Positions 63,459-64,000 of a DNA stretch of 64,000 nucleotides are shown one piece after another. Source of the stretch: Acutalibacteraceae bacterium. GTDB taxonomy: Bacteria > Bacillota > Clostridia > Oscillospirales > Acutalibacteraceae. The notes beneath the pieces were generated by a model that was not told the DNA's origin, did not search any database, and saw only the letters and a program-made list of their open reading frames with translations. The position numbers and the translations under genes were made by a program. Position 1 is the stretch's first letter, and the number at the start of each line of letters is the position of its first letter. The stretch lies in the NCBI GenBank assembly GCA_045539695.1, contig JAZQFX010000029.1, positions 275 through 64,274 of the forward strand, in the 5' to 3' direction.

Positions 63459-64000
63459 ATGTTACCACTCGAAACTTTAAATTCACAAAGGGTATTTTAC
63501 TATTTTGAAAAAATTTCATCTATTCCTCACGGCTCGGGCAATATGAACGCTATAGCGCAGTTTTGCGTGGATTTTGCCGCCCAGCATAACCTTAAATATA
63601 TACGCGATGAAGCTAACAATGTAATAATTTATAAAAACGGCACTGTGGGTTATGAAAATAGCGAGCCTTTAATTTTGCAGGGGCATCTTGATATGGTTTG
63701 TCAAAAAACCGAGGACTGCAATATTGATTTTGAAAAAGATGGATTAGAATTATATGTTGATGGCGATTTTGTAAAAGCGCGTGGCACAACCTTAGGCGCC
63801 GATAACGGTATTGCTGTGGCTATGGTGCTTGGCATTTTAGAAAGCAATGATATTGCGCATCCGCCTATTGAAGCGGTTTTTACCACAGATGAAGAGGTTG
63901 GTATGATCGGCGCGCGTGCGCTTGATATGAGCGTGTTGCAAGGCCGCCGTATGATAAACCTTGACTCCGAAACCGAAGATATTGTTACCGTATCGTGCGC
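63459..64000 (+). CDS. pepD: Aminoacyl-histidine dipeptidase (PepD, M20C), N-terminal part. The gene runs off the right edge of the window.
   Basis: Own translation gives MLPLETLNSQRVFYYFEKISSIPHGSGN...ILQGHLDMVCQK...GADNGIAVAMVL...FTTDEEVGMIGA. An AAAGGAGA RBS is present. It is absent from the ORF track because no stop codon falls in the window. Confidence 0.8.
   Translation, partial: MLPLETLNSQRVFYYFEKISSIPHGSGNMNAIAQFCVDFAAQHNLKYIRDEANNVIIYKNGTVGYENSEPLILQGHLDMVCQKTEDCNIDFEKDGLELYVDGDFVKARGTTLGADNGIAVAMVLGILESNDIAHPPIEAVFTTDEEVGMIGARALDMSVLQGRRMINLDSETEDIVTVSC

Overview
The window looks like chromosome from a low-GC Firmicute, probably a gut or rumen Clostridia-type organism. This is judged by eye from AT-rich codon usage, AGGAGG-type ribosome-binding sites and TGnTATAAT extended -10 promoters. 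All family calls come from motifs recognised by reading the translations. No database search, HMM scan, RNA folding or GC calculation was run.

The window splits into two parts.

(A) 1-28.6 kb is a mosaic accessory region:
- A tyrosine integrase plus an excisionase-type HTH gene sit at the left edge.
- About 2.3 kb of ORF-poor DNA follows. It holds iteron-like repeats, five long unrelated hairpins, a decayed primase-like (CHC2 zinc finger) gene, and a promoter-to-terminator unit with no real ORF.
- A defence-island-like block (3.6-15.8 kb) follows. It contains a DUF3800 gene, a translationally coupled pair of DUF262 (GmrSD-like) proteins with a WYL regulator and a leaderless LRR protein, a five-gene operon built around a CbbX/SpoVK-type AAA+ ATPase, and a separate two-gene cassette.
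- A visibly more GC-rich DUF2779 gene lies on the opposite strand.
- A ten-gene co-directional AT-rich operon (17.5-27.1 kb) ends in a RecA/DnaB-like ATPase fused to an exonuclease-less PolC-type polymerase. It also carries a catalytically dead mini-PolC paralog, three tandem paralogs of an unrecognised family, a SLOG-like protein and a PPP phosphatase.
- I regard this polymerase operon and the AAA+ operon as the best candidates for an undescribed system.

(B) 28.6-64 kb is ordinary core sequence:
- Glycan and mannoside catabolism: a GH94-like phosphorylase, a heparinase II/III-like protein, two GH130 genes, a GH38 gene and three AraC regulators.
- Transporters, a PadR-DUF1700-DUF4097 triad, malic enzyme, malQ, greA and pnuC (with a riboswitch-like leader).
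- Lipid and glycosyl transferases, DegV and MarR.
- Four tRNAs in two divergent pairs, and the start of pepD.

No CRISPR array, rRNA gene or intact IS element was seen.
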